NCBI GenBank assembly: GCA_026936335.1
Contig: JAPMXV010000034.1
Location: 124,001 to 188,000, forward strand
DNA: 64,000 bases
Direction of reading: 5' to 3'
Origin: Mantamonas sphyraenae STR306
Lineage: Eukaryota; Protista; CRuMs
Shown: positions 1 to 11,451 of the stretch, piece by piece
How positions within the stretch are numbered: the first letter of the stretch is position 1
Layout of the letters: every line of letters starts with the position of its first letter
The notes under the pieces: generated by a model
The model's input: only the letters and a program-made list of their open reading frames with translations
What the model was told of the DNA's origin: nothing
The model's database searches: none
Program-made: the position numbers and the translations under genes

Positions 1-21
1 CAGTCCTCCGCCGTCACGTAC

Positions 22-132
22 GCGCTCGTTGCATTCCATGCATCGCTTGTTCCCTTCGTATTTCAGCAGACTGCGGATCGTTGCCACTTGTTTGTCCACC
101 TTTTTGGGTTTCTTCAACGTGTTGCGCGACAT
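22..132 (-). CDS. ArfGAP-domain protein (AGFG/Hrb-like), first exon; gene continues off the window
   Basis: ATG at 132 gives MSRNTLKKPKKVDKQVATIRSLLKYEGNKRCMECNER, then a GTACGT donor. N-x-x-C-x-x-C is the start of an ArfGAP zinc finger. Confidence 0.7.
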
Positions 133-413
133 CTGCGTGTGTTTTGGGGTGTCAGTTCTTCTCTCCTTGCATCCGCGCCGGCATCCCACTCGATGAGTCC
201 ACCACTTGTTTGACACAGTATGCCACATCTATGCATGAACCCACATTGTCCTTTAGTTTTGTTGGTTTGTGCGGGGCGGGGTTCATTTCATTCCATCTTC
301 GTTTCGACCGACTCCCCACACCCCCTTCGGGCCCCTTCCAATTCCCACTCGTTCCAAATGACACACTCCGTGCATTTGCTTTGTGTGCTTCCGAGTCTGT
401 GTGTGCACAATGA

Positions 414-1410
414 CTACATCCCAAGTTTACCCAGACTGTGCATCCTCTCCTGCCCGATCTTGGACACGGCCGCTGCCATGTGCTCAAACATGCTTTGGCA
501 TCCATCCGACGCCAGTTTTACCACTTGCTCAAAGTTGTCTGTGTGCAGTTTGGCGTCCATTTGCAACGCCATGATTTTGCCCGACTGCGGCAAGATCGCA
601 AGGGTCAGGTCAGCGCCCCCCGCGGAGGCCTCGACGTAATTCAAATCTGCAGGTGTGTGGTTGTGTGCACGAAAGAGAGAGAGAGTGTGTGTGTGAGTGT
701 GTGAGAGAGAGTGTGTGTGTCCAGCATTGTGTGTGGTGTGCGTCGCCACACTGGAGGCGGCTCTGGCGCGTCGATACCGTTACAGCACACACTGCCTTTC
801 ACCTACCAAGCAACGCATTCCCGTCCACATAACCTGCGCTGCACGCACAAACAAAATCGTTCATGGGCACACCTGCGTCCACCAGCGCCAGCGTAGCTGC
901 GTTGATAGCTGCGCTGCGAAGTGACCCGTCCGACTGCAACACCTGGACGTAGATGTCGATCTGGCTGCGTGGAAACAGCTCTGTCTGGATGACGCCCTCA
1001 AACGTTTGCTTGATTACAGACGACATCTCCTGTGCTTTCCTGTGGCGTGTGCACAGGCACCGCGTGAGCAAAGCGGCCTCTTCGTATGTTCTTCCGCAGC
1101 CCGCAGCCCGCAGCCGCAGACACCCCCCTTACCTGTTGTTCTTGCTGCTTGCTTTGCGTTGCGCCGTGCTAAACGCAGCCGTACTGTACTGGCACGTGAT
1201 TACAGCACGCTCATGCGAGCTCTTTGCACGTTGCTTGAGCTCTCGAGGTCCGTGCACCACAGCAATCACCCTGCTGTTGCCCAACTGGAAGTATGCCGAG
1301 CCATCTGCTCGCTGAAACGGCGACAGCACACAGCGCACCTTGCGCAGCTCTCCTGCACGCCGGCCGTCCAACCGCAAGCCCTCGGGCGACACGAACTCAC
1401 TTCGCGACAT
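414..1410 (-). CDS. EXOSC4: Exosome subunit RRP41 (RNase PH-like), 3 exons
   Basis: EGLRLDGRRAGELR, ADGSAYFQLGNSRVIAVVHGPRE, FPRSQIDIYVQVLQSDG, INAATLALVDAGVPM, DLNYVE. Introns at ~1132-1042 and ~806-647. Confidence 0.95.
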
Positions 1411-1611
1411 GAAAAATCTCGAGGCGGCGTTTGGTCTGGTCTGCTTTGCGCAAATCTTCGTCCTGCAGGTTGAACAAGACACAGCACACTCTTGTTCAGC
1501 CACGATACTTCTCTTGTGTCCCAAGACGATCTCTGCTCGTGCAAATCACCCGTTTTGTTTTGCTCCCGTCTTCCTTCCCAAGCCTCTCTCCTCCCCAATT
1601 CGTCCACCAGA

Positions 1612-3631
1612 TCACTTCTTGGTCGAGTTGAGGTTTTCCAAGATGGCCACGCCGCCGAGGCCGCCGGCGGCACACACAGAGATCATGGAGTACTTGTTGC
1701 CCGTACGCCTGAGGTCGTTGGCGGCGGCGGTGACAATACGACCACCGGTGGCGGCAAAGGGGTGGCCAATGGCAATGGATGACCCGTTGGGGTTGATCTT
1801 CTCGGCTGGGATGGTGCCCAGGGCGCCGTCGAGACCCAGGACGTCCTTGCAGAAGCTTTCGCTTTCGAGCACCTTGATGGTGGACAGGCACTGGGCAGCA
1901 AAGGCCTCGTGCATCTCCACGGTGTCAATGTCGTCCAGAGTCAGACCAGCCTTGGCCAGAGCCTGCGGGATGGCCACGGCGGGCGCCAGCAGCAGCTGGG
2001 GCATCGGGTCGATGGCCGTGGTGACGCACGCACGCACCACAATGTCTGTCGGGTAGCCCATCTCCTTGGCCTTGTCCTCGTTCATCAGCAGCACGGCCGA
2101 AGCGCCATCGGTGAGGGGGGACGACGAAGCGGCAGTGATGGTGCCAAAGGGGGCCTTGCGGAAAACAGGGCGCAACTTGGCCATCTTGCGCGGGTCCGAG
2201 TCACCACGGATCAGGTTGTCTGCATCCAACACCTTTCCCTTCTTGGTTGTCAGCGGGGCAATCTCCTCCTTGAGGTAGCCCTTCTTCTCCGCAGCAGCTG
2301 CCTTGCGGTGCGACCCCAGTGCAAACTCGTCCTGTGCCTCGCGTGCAATCTGGTTCAACTCCGCCATGCGGTCGGCGTGCCAGCCCATGGTCTTGCCTGT
2401 GGATCGCTCGGCGATGGACAGGGGCTTGGGCAGCCAGCCCAGAGGCGACCCGGCGTCGCTCAGCAGGTTCTGCACCTTTTTCAGCATGGGCAAGCGCTCG
2501 CCACCCATGGCAAAGCGACCCAGGGCCTTGGTGAAGCGTCGAGGCATGGGCATCTCTCCGTTGGACACAGAGTCACCTCCGCCGGCCACCACCACGTCGT
2601 AGTCGCCGTGCTCGATGCCCTGCACACCCTGGTACACAGCCTGCAGGCCCGACAGGCACGCGCGCGACACTGTCACACCAGGCACCGTGCGCGGCAGCTG
2701 CAGATCAATCACAATCTCGCGTGCCACGTTGGGGGCCGCGGTGTTGAACACTGGAGTGGTGAAAATGCACCCCAGCCCGGTCGGTGTCAGCTCCCCAGAC
2801 AACGCCACACTCGCCGTGACAGGCTCACAACAACAGAGAAATGGTACGCGTGGATGTGTGTGTGTGTGTTTGCGTGTGGATTGTGCCTGTGCGTGTACGC
2901 CTGTGCCTGTGTGGTGTTTTCGGCGGTTGCATCCACTCACCGACTGCGCCCCAGATGATTTCGTCGATCAGCTCCGGGTTCAGCTTGGTATCTTCCAGCA
3001 GACCCTTGACCGCCGCAGCGCCCAGGTCGATGGTGTCAAACTCGCGAATCTCGCCAAAGGACTTGTGGAATGGCGTGCGCTTGCCCGTCACAACGACGGC
3101 GCGGCGCTCGTTGCTGCCGCTGTTGCTGCTGGAAGTGCTCTTTTTGGCCTGCACAGTGGTGGCCACCGAGAACTGCATCACAGTGGCATCCACGCAACAC
3201 GTGTCCACACACACGCACATGCACACACATACACATGCATACGTTTCTGTGTGTCAGCTCGTTGCTTCGCCTGCCCTCTGCCGCAAGGTCCGCGAGAGGG
3301 GAAAATTTCGGAGCCTGGCGCGCTCGAGTCGCTCAAACGGCGCACGCGCGGCACGAATGCCTCCGGGCCATACCCCGCACGGAGTGTGCATTCACATGGC
3401 CCATGATACCTCACTCAACCCCCAAGCACTCACCTGAGCCGAGGCCACCGCAGCCGGAGCGGCGGAACGGAGCGACGACGAGCCGGTCTTTGCAACCCTG
3501 GAGAACTGTGGGAGGGCACAGGAAGAGAGAAATGAGAAAAGAGAGGACAGCCACGGGGACTGTGTCAGCATGTGGGTTGCACCGTGGACGGGGATTGCCA
3601 CGAGGTGTGCCGGGACTGTGAAACGGACCAT
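1612..3631 (-). CDS. HADHB: 3-ketoacyl-CoA thiolase, trifunctional enzyme beta (HADHB/FadI) type, mitochondrial
   Basis: RTPF, SRACLSG (catalytic Cys), MHEAFA, GHPFAATG, CAAGG. Exons: ATG only (3629-3631), a transit-peptide-like exon FSRVAKTGSSSLRSAAPAAVASAQ (~3506-3434), ~3173-2941 and ~2750-1612. Confidence 0.9.
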
Positions 3632-3746
3632 GAAAGTGGTTTTGGTGGCCTCGCCTGCGCCGATCTCGATGCCCAAATCCGGGCATGGAGGAGAGTGGCT
3701 GGCTTTGCGAAGGGCAGTAGGACACAGGCAGACGGAGGACCTGCAT

Positions 3747-4585
3747 ATGCGCAATGCGAGCCAAAGGGGGATGTCTCGCCGCTACAGTCGGGGCATGCGG
3801 CCCATGGCACGCAACACGGATCTGACACCACGGGACATCACATGGACCACACGCAAGCACCGTGTGCCCTCCAAGCCCAAAGACAAGATCAACTTTGTGG
3901 ACGAGAGCGGACGCATCTTGGAGCCCGTGCCAAACACTCTCCCAGGCAAGCCGTCCCCTCGTCTGACCGGCCGCACCGTCTCCAAGGCATCCCTAGAGTA
4001 CAGACACAAGATGGAGGAAAAGAGCATGAAGAGCGACTGGTCTCGCGAGTTCAAGCGGGGCCGAAAGCACGTCCTGCCCAACTCCAGCGGCTTTGACGTC
4101 GTCAAGGGCGTCGATGAGGACATCTACGTGAGTTTTGTGGGGGTCAGCAGACACTGGAGAGATGCATATGCACATCAAGCCGCACAACTCACACTGGCCC
4201 CTCCCTACACACAGCACGGGTGCGTGTTGCTGCCAACGGCTGGAATGAGAAAATGGCCCCCTGCCCCCAACCCCAACTCACACGCACTTCACACCCTCAC
4301 AGCCGGATCCGCGGGCGAAAGCACTTTGACCAGGAGAGTGGGATCATGGACAGACGCACACAGCGACACTTGGAGCGCAACAACGGAGTGCTGGGCGCAG
4401 GCAGCTCGACCTCTGGTGCTCTGGCACCTGTGCGTGGCAGAGGCAAGTACGCGCCGCTCAAGGATGGTCACGGAGCCAAGAGTGCCCTTTCGTGGGAGGT
4501 TTCGTACCAAGAGCGCATCCAGGCCAGCAACACACGTGTGCTGCCCAGCATCAACCACCATCGCAGCAACATCCAATTGGCATGA
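3747..4585 (+). CDS. Basic uncharacterised protein with repeated (G)RKH motifs; 3 exons including a 5-nt micro-exon
   Basis: ORF runs to EDIY, then donor GTGAGT at 4128, micro-exon CACGG at 4215-4219 and acceptor at 4302, continuing RIRGRKHFDQESG...NIQLA*. Start may be 3747 or 3771. Confidence 0.6.
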
Positions 4586-4599
4586 AAGTGGGGAAAGTT

Positions 4600-5788
4600 T
4601 CAGTCAAATGTCGCCTCCAGATCCGCATCAATGCTCACTTTGCACACAGGACACTCCTTGCGGCCCTGTGTCAGCCAGTGGTCGATGCAGTCGACGTGGA
4701 ACTGGTGATAGCACGGCAGCAGGCGCAACTTGTCTCCGTCTTCAAACTCTTCCAGGCAAATGCTGCACTGCTTGCTTGCCTGTTTCTTGCCTCCATCGTA
4801 CTCAAGCACAGGCAGGGCTTCCACTTCGAATTGCTGTGCCCGTTCGTGCGATCTATCGATGTTTTCGTCCAACGCCAACAGGGCTTCGTAATCGCCGCGG
4901 TAAAGTCCCCTGAGCGTTGCTGTAGCTGCTGAAGCATAGCATTGGCGGAGTTGTGTTGTGGTTGTGGTTGTGGTTGTGGTTGTGGTTGTGCTGGGTCTGA
5001 ATCAACTGGGCCACGTTCTGCTCCATCTGCTGCATCCGCCTCATTCGACTCTCCAGCAGCTCGGAGAACGCTGTGTCTCCGAATCCGTCCGCTTGCAACA
5101 GACTGTTCATGTGTGCAATGTACTCGTCGCGTGAGTCGAACCCGCCAGTGCGCCTGCCAGTGGATCGTCTCCTCTGTGTCCCTGTGTTCCCTGACCCAGC
5201 TGGTGATGCATCGCATGAAAGCGTGAGTGGTGTGAGCATGCGTAACGCCGTCCTTTCGGCCGCCTCCTTCAGGCCTCTCCCTCTCCCTCTTTCCAGCAAC
5301 ACACCTCGTCCGCTTTGCTGTCTCTGCCTCCTTGCGTCCTCCTCCTCCTGCATAGCCCTGGCCACAGCCTCGTCCTGCGCCAACCTCTCCTCTTCCTCCA
5401 ACAAGCGAGCAAGTGCTTCGTCGGTGTCCATCATGTCCTGACCGGGTTCCGAGTTTTCCGCCGCGTCTTCTTCTTCGCCCGCGTTTGCGGCCGTGTTTGT
5501 CGTAGTCGTGGTCGTGGTCGTCCTCCTCGTCCCTCTCATGGCTCCGTGATTGATCAAGGGCATGCGTGAGGTTGCTGGTGCAGGTTGCTCTGGTGCGTCA
5601 AACCACTCGCTGTCATCATCGTCTTCACTGGACGACGGTGTGTCCAGGCCGTCCGTCGGCCCAGGTGGAGGCGCTCCCAGGTTGGATGCATCCACCTGCA
5701 GCTGACTTGCCACCCTTTCGTCCCTTTCCATCTGCGCAATCTGTTCCAGCACCTGCTGCAGTGCCAAGTCCTCCTCTTGCAGGTCCAT
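4600..5788 (-). CDS. RING-H2 E3 ubiquitin ligase with UIM-like helices (2 apparent frameshifts)
   Basis: [12 protein letters not shown] and [12 protein letters not shown]; [10 protein letters not shown]; CSICLEEF...[16 protein letters not shown]...CPVC. Intron ~5306-5199; single-base gaps at ~4954 and ~4894. Confidence 0.9.
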
Positions 5789-5843
5789 TTGGCTGTGTGC
5801 GGTTTGCGTTTCCGCTTCCAGCGCATCTCTCGAACATCAGATT

Positions 5844-6406
5844 ATGGACATTGGTACGCAGCATACACGACACACAGCCACGCCCACGCATATACTCATA
5901 CACTACGTCACACCATACTGACCCCGGATGTTGCAGAAGTGGCCTCTGGCAGCGACAAAGAGCGGGCCGTGCAGCGGATGCTGGCAAGCTCAAGTTCCGC
6001 CAGCAGCAGCGGCAGCAGCAGCAGCTCTTCACCCACCAAACCCATTCCCAAGCCAAATATCTACAAAGTGGGCACCAGTGACGTGCTTTCCCGCGTCCAG
6101 GCCTTTATGCCCACCATGGAAGCGGCCAACAAGGCGCTGGACGACGTCCTGGAGTCCGGCCAGTTTGACGCAGAGGTGTTTAATGTCAACCACATCGAGG
6201 AAGATGATGAACAGGTGGTGGAGGTGGACCTCGGTTTGGGCGTGTTCACCGAGAAGGAGTCTCTCGACGAGGCGGAGCTCGAGTTGCACGAACAGGCCCG
6301 TCAGCAGGACGAGGAACAGTATGAGAAGGACAAGAAGGATATGGACGAAAGGCACGGACAGAGTGACAAAGCAAACAAGGACAGTATGCTCATCCAGGAG
6401 CTGTGA
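5844..6406 (+). CDS. NOPCHAP1: NOP58 chaperone NOPCHAP1 / C12orf45 (DUF4598)
   Basis: MDI then an intron, then SDVLSRVQAFMPTMEAANKAL...FNVNHIEEDDEQVVEVDLGLGVF, the DUF4598 signature. Confidence 0.8.
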
Positions 6407-6500
6407 GGCGCGACCGCCAAGGCAAAACAAACACACCAGCAACACACACATGGTCATCCCCTTGCGCGGCTCCATCCGCCGTTGCACCTTCCGTGCGTCT

Positions 6501-8252
6501 ATGCCCGGTCTCCTCCTCTTGTTGGCTCTGGCAATCGTGGACTGCCAGCTCATAGGAGCCGAGGCCGCCAAGCCACCGCGTTCCCCCAACTTTGTCGTCC
6601 TGCTTGCAGACGACCTCGGCTACGGTGACCTCAGCTGCTATGGCAATGAAAGCATCCACACACCGAACCTGGACCGTCTGGCTGCAGAGGGCGCGCGTTT
6701 CACACACTTTCTGTCGCCTGCGCCGGTGTGTTCTCCCTCCCGCTCGGGACTGATGACAGGACGGTACCCCGTGCGTGCTGGGATGGTCTCCAGTGTCCAA
6801 AACTTCCGCACCATCAACTCACCGGCCATTGCAGGGGGTCTGCCGCGCTCGGCACAAACCTTTGCCGAGTATCTCAAGGAGCATGCGTACGACACAGGCA
6901 TGTTTGGCAAGTGGCACCTGGGCATCCACGAAGGCACCAACGGCACCCAAGACTACAACCTTATCCCGTCCCGGCGCGGCTTTGACACCTTTTACGGCAT
7001 GCCCGTCACCAACGTGCAGACCTGTGACCCCAACCGCACCGTCTACGTCCAATCCTCCCTCTTTGTCTACTTCCTGTCCCGCACTTCCCACGTTTGGTAC
7101 TCCCTTGCCGCCGTCATTGTCCTGGCTCGGGTCCTGGGGCTCGTGGGCAATCGCTCCACCTTTTTGCTCGCCCTGCTCCTGAGCGTCATTGTCTACGGCG
7201 CCTACTTTTACACAGCCAACTACTTTCTGCTTTCTCGAAGTGCATGCATCCTCATGCGCAACGATCGCATCGTGCAGCAGCCGGTGCGACTGCAGAACCT
7301 GACTCGCAACCTGGCTCGCGAGGCCACCCAGTGGATTGGCCAGCACAAGGACAAGCCCTTCCTCCTGTACCTGCCCTTTGTCAAGGTTCACACCGCCCTC
7401 TTCACCACACGCGAGTTTGAGGGCCACTCTCGCGCGGGCTCCTTTGGCGACAACGTCGAAGAGATGGACTGGGCTGTGGGACAGGTCATGGATGCCCTCA
7501 AGCAGCATGGCCTCGACGAAAACACTCTTGTGTTCTTCTCCTCGGACAACGGACCCTTCCTGGAACGCGGACACGAGGCTGGCACAAGCGGAGTGTTCCC
7601 TGCGACCGACGGCTCCCTGCACCGCCTGCGCGGTGGAAAGGCACAGAACTGGGAAGGAGGCATCCGTGTGCCAGGCATTGTGCGCTGGAAGGGACGCATT
7701 GCGGCAGGACAGGTCATCCACCAGGCCAGCACACTTATGGATGTCTTCCCCACCATCGTCGACCTCATCCAGTCTGCAGAAGGGCCAGTGGCCACCGAGC
7801 CCATGCTTCGGCATGACGGGCGCTCTCTCATGCCTCTGCTCACGGGGAAACTGCCGGCAGACGAGCTCCTGCACGACGTCCTGTTCCACTATTGCGGAGA
7901 TGTGATCTCTGCCGCCAGGGTTGGCCACATCAAGGTGCATTTTAGCACACCCGTGTGGGAGGATGACTCTCAGTCGTGTCCATCAGCCACCATCTGCTCG
8001 TGTGCAGGCAGTGCTGTTGTCCAGCACGACCCTCCTCTGGTGTTTGATCTCCGTAAGGACCCTTCCGAGAGCACGCCCCTCAACCCAGCCGACCATGCTC
8101 CCATCCTCGCCACCATCCACAAGGCACTGCGCGAACATCGCCAGTCCATCCAGCCCGTGCCCAATCAGCTCGAACGCTTCGCTCGTCCCTGGTTGTTTCC
8201 CTGCTGCAACGAGCAGTGCGAGTGTGACCTCGAGCCACAAGATCAAGCGTGA
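6501..8252 (+). CDS. Steryl-sulfatase-like arylsulfatase with signal peptide and transmembrane hairpin
   Basis: Signal peptide MPGLLLLLALAIV; PNFVVLLADDLGYGD; CSPSR formylglycine motif; GKWHLG; KVHTAL; SSDNG; WEGGIRVP; two hydrophobic helices. Intronless; alternative ATG at 6450. Confidence 0.92.
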   Translation: MPGLLLLLALAIVDCQLIGAEAAKPPRSPNFVVLLADDLGYGDLSCYGNESIHTPNLDRLAAEGARFTHFLSPAPVCSPSRSGLMTGRYPVRAGMVSSVQNFRTINSPAIAGGLPRSAQTFAEYLKEHAYDTGMFGKWHLGIHEGTNGTQDYNLIPSRRGFDTFYGMPVTNVQTCDPNRTVYVQSSLFVYFLSRTSHVWYSLAAVIVLARVLGLVGNRSTFLLALLLSVIVYGAYFYTANYFLLSRSACILMRNDRIVQQPVRLQNLTRNLAREATQWIGQHKDKPFLLYLPFVKVHTALFTTREFEGHSRAGSFGDNVEEMDWAVGQVMDALKQHGLDENTLVFFSSDNGPFLERGHEAGTSGVFPATDGSLHRLRGGKAQNWEGGIRVPGIVRWKGRIAAGQVIHQASTLMDVFPTIVDLIQSAEGPVATEPMLRHDGRSLMPLLTGKLPADELLHDVLFHYCGDVISAARVGHIKVHFSTPVWEDDSQSCPSATICSCAGSAVVQHDPPLVFDLRKDPSESTPLNPADHAPILATIHKALREHRQSIQPVPNQLERFARPWLFPCCNEQCECDLEPQDQA

Positions 8253-8401
8253 GTGATGTTGAGTCTTCTTTCGACATCAATGAGAATGCACATGACAATG
8301 ATCCGGTCACAAGTTGTGAGTGCGCACACACACTCTCTCTCTCTCTCTCTCCACGGCGCACGCATCCTTCATTTCCCTGCAACAAATCTCAACAGTGCAG
8401 C

Positions 8402-9715
8402 TCACCACTCCTCGTCACTGCTGAACCCATCCTCCCTGCCTTCCTCGTCCTCATCCGAAGCGTACAACTCTTGCTGCTGTTGCCTGTTCCACTTCCGAAT
8501 GGCTCCATCGTGCTGCATCTCATTCACCATCTGCTTCACCTCCATTTGCGTGTGCAGCCTGTCGCGTCGCATCGACGAGCTTGCCGATCCCTCGTCCGCC
8601 GTCCCTGCCCCATCTGTCCACAACCGCCTCACGTGGCCCTCTGTGTTCTTGCTCACCTTGTTCACATACATGTCCAGGCCCTTTTCGTTCTCCACCTCCC
8701 GCAAGATCTCTGGGCTGTCCGCCTCACCCCCGTTGAGCGGCGTCAGCAGGCCTGCAAAGCCCCGACGCAGCTCCTCCATCTCCTCCACCGCCACCTGCGG
8801 ACTCTCATCCAGTAGCAGAGCATCGTCTCTGTTCAGGAACACCATTGATCCGCTGCTCTTCTGCTTGTACGGTGTGGTGTCAAACACGTCGTCGCCGTGA
8901 TCTTCCTCCGCCTTCCGCAGCAGCTCACGCAGCTGTCGCTTCCGTTTCGCCGTCCCTGCTCCAGCCAATGGCGACATTCCTTCCCTTCCCCCCTTCTTCC
9001 TGCGCTTGCTGGTGTGTCGTCGCCCACCAACCCCCTGCGCATCCTCCCCGCCGTCCTGCTCGATCTCCTCCTCCTCTTCCTCTCCCAATCCCTCCTGTGC
9101 AGCCGTCTCTGCCGCACTCTTCTTTGTTGTCTTTCGTGTGCGCTTTTTCACGGCCTTGCGCTGCTTCGGTGTGCGTTGCAGGTTCTGAAACTGCATGCAG
9201 CACTCGTCGGCCGTGCGATCCGGAACAAGCGCAGCCACACGGTGCCAGAACCCGACACTCGTAGGATCCACAGACGCATGTGCCACAAACAACAGTTCCA
9301 ATTCGTCGTCTGCCCACACATCTCGCTTGCCGCGGCCCCGTTTGCGAGTCCCTGCGTTTGCGCGCCCTTTTGCCAACGGCTTTTTCGCCGGCGGCGTCGA
9401 TTCCAATTCTTGTCCCTCGGCCACCAGGTCCAGCTTCATCTTCTTGCGCTTGCCCTTGCCCTTTGCCTTTTTCCCCTTGCCTGCTGCCGCCGATTTTCCA
9501 TTACCCTTGGCTGTGGTTTCTCCCTTGGACGTGTCCTTGGTCCCCTCTGCCTCGTCTGCCATCACTGCGTTGTCTCCTTGGTTTTCCTTGTCCGCCACCA
9601 CCGCTGTATTCTTCTTCCGGCCCCGTCGTCCACCACGCTTCGCCACAAACGTGGTTACAAACGATTCCACTGTTTGATTGCAGCTCTGCAGATCTACCTC
9701 TGCTTCTGTGCTCAT
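8402..9715 (-). CDS. MIS18BP1: SANT/Myb-domain protein resembling the C-terminal half of Mis18BP1/KNL2
   Basis: WADDELELL...GFWHRVAALVPDRTADEC (SANT), then GTAKRKRQLRELL...DDVFDTTP and SPEILREV...DMYV, matching the Mis18BP1 post-SANT motifs as I recall them. Confidence 0.7.
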   Translation of the reverse strand: MSTEAEVDLQSCNQTVESFVTTFVAKRGGRRGRKKNTAVVADKENQGDNAVMADEAEGTKDTSKGETTAKGNGKSAAAGKGKKAKGKGKRKKMKLDLVAEGQELESTPPAKKPLAKGRANAGTRKRGRGKRDVWADDELELLFVAHASVDPTSVGFWHRVAALVPDRTADECCMQFQNLQRTPKQRKAVKKRTRKTTKKSAAETAAQEGLGEEEEEEIEQDGGEDAQGVGGRRHTSKRRKKGGREGMSPLAGAGTAKRKRQLRELLRKAEEDHGDDVFDTTPYKQKSSGSMVFLNRDDALLLDESPQVAVEEMEELRRGFAGLLTPLNGGEADSPEILREVENEKGLDMYVNKVSKNTEGHVRRLWTDGAGTADEGSASSSMRRDRLHTQMEVKQMVNEMQHDGAIRKWNRQQQQELYASDEDEEGREDGFSSDEEW

Positions 9716-9910
9716 GGGACGTGTCGTGCACCTGGTTTTGCTTTTTCTTGCCACCGCTGCGCAGCCATTCACACATTCCCCCAAACACACACGCTTCCAT
9801 GTACATACGACCCATGTGAGCATGGTGTGATCTGTACAATGGCCTCAACCTTCCCGCCAAAGAATCCTCCCTCCGTTGCGCTGCGGGCGACATCCAAACC
9901 CGCACACACC

Positions 9911-11366
9911 ATGTCGTCTGCCCCGATCAACCCGCAAACGGGCAACCCGTTCACCCGTGAGGAGATGCAAGCCAAGGAAGAGCAGACCAACAAGCGCCTT
10001 CAGAAGTTCCTCGTGGGGCTGATGGGCGTGTTGCCCCCCGAAGGCGAAAACCGCGAGCTGGAGCTGCAACGCAAGTATGCAGACAAGTGGATGTACAAGA
10101 CTCTGCAATCAAAGCGCAAGGAATACCGTTTTGACGAGCGATGGGTCAACGCACCCATCTTCTTCTCCCAGAAGCGCTACCAGGCTGCCCTCGAAGCCGA
10201 AGCCGAGGAACGCCAACGCGACCTGGAGAAGCTGCAGGCCACCTCTCTGTTTGGCAAGAAGCGCAAGGGAGCTGGAGCTGGTGTCGGTGCTGCCAAGGGA
10301 GGAGCCGCTGCCAAGGCTGCTGCAGCTCCCAACGCGGCACCCGCCGCCGGCCCGCCAGCCCTCACCATGTACAAGCCCATCTTTACGATCTTTATTTCCG
10401 TGGTCGACTGTGCCCTGCTGGCATACACCATCTGGCTCAACGGGGGCTTTGAGCCATGGCCTGCGGTGAACCCGTTCTTTGGTCCCAGTGTGCAGGTGCT
10501 GCTGGACAACGGCGCAAAGTACACTCCGTACATTGTCGAGCGTGGCGAGTGGTGGCGACTCATCACAGCCATGTTTTTCCACGTCGGCATCATCCATCTC
10601 ATTATGAACCTCGGCATGCAGATTCCCATCGGCAAGGGCCTCGAGCGCGTCTACGGTCCCTGGCGAATCATGACCATTTACATCCTTTCGGGCATTGGCG
10701 GCAACATTTGCTCCTCTATCTTTGTGCCCCAGCAGGTTGTCGTAAGTTGACTCCATTCAATCCCATGGCGCATGCGTTTCCGTGTGTTTTCTTTGTGTAA
10801 TGCCTCTCTGCACCATGCATGTGTCCCGTCATGGCCTTGGGAAGGTGCCGCCAGCCCGTTTCCCGGATGTGAAACGGTGTTTTAGGCGGCCACAGGCGCC
10901 GTGCTGGCGTTGCTGAGACTGACCTTGCGTCCCAATCACACACACACAGGTGGGGGCGTCGTCGTCGCTGTACGGTTTCTTTGGCGTGCTGCTCATCAAT
11001 GTGATCCAGTCGTGGAAGCAGCTCGACCGACCCGGCTTTGCCTTGTTTTCCACCCTCATGGTCATCATTGTGTCGCTGGGCATGGGTCTGCTCCCGCAAA
11101 TCGACAACTTTGCCCATATTGGCGGCTTCGTCATTGGTCTGTTTGTGTCCGTGGTGCTGCTGCCCAACGTCACCTTTGGCTATTGGGCGGCCAAGATCAA
11201 GATTGTGCTTGTGATTGTGTTCAGCCTTATCACCCTGGCCACCTTTGGCCTCGGTCTGCAGGTCATGTACAACGACATCAACCCCAACGGCTGGTGCCGC
11301 GAGTGCATCTACCTCACGTGCATCCCCTACGCAAACTGGTGCGACAACATCCAGATTGGCAAGTAA
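9911..11366 (+). CDS. Rhomboid intramembrane serine protease
   Basis: NPFFGPS, GEWWRLITAMFFHVGIIHLIMN, VGASSSLYG (catalytic Ser, joined across intron 10742-10949), DNFAHIGG (catalytic His). Confidence 0.93.
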
Positions 11367-11451
11367 CTCTTGGCAAATGTGTTTGCAGAGCTGGAAAAAA
11401 GAAACGACACATTGGCTTCTCAACCCATTCCTTCATTCAATCGCGTTCTGT

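Noticed and set aside
1909-2958. Long antisense ORFs (also 6819-7940, 16689-18029, 20370-21362, 26752-28020)
   Set aside because: Shadow frames of GC3-rich genes with no recognisable motifs.
4950-4990. (GTTGTG)n as a telomere-like repeat; also (CA)n, (AG)n, (CAG)n and ATCCCATG x3 at ~39735
   Set aside because: Ordinary microsatellites encoding HN, poly-Q or poly-S runs, or lying in introns and UTRs.
4600-5788. Calling the frameshifted genes pseudogenes
   Set aside because: No in-frame stops or motif decay around the breaks, and they include conserved housekeeping genes such as RABGGTB; assembly error is more parsimonious.
5928-6500. N-terminal extension making a 774-aa sulfatase
   Set aside because: An off-frame reading of NOPCHAP1; the signal peptide begins at 6501.
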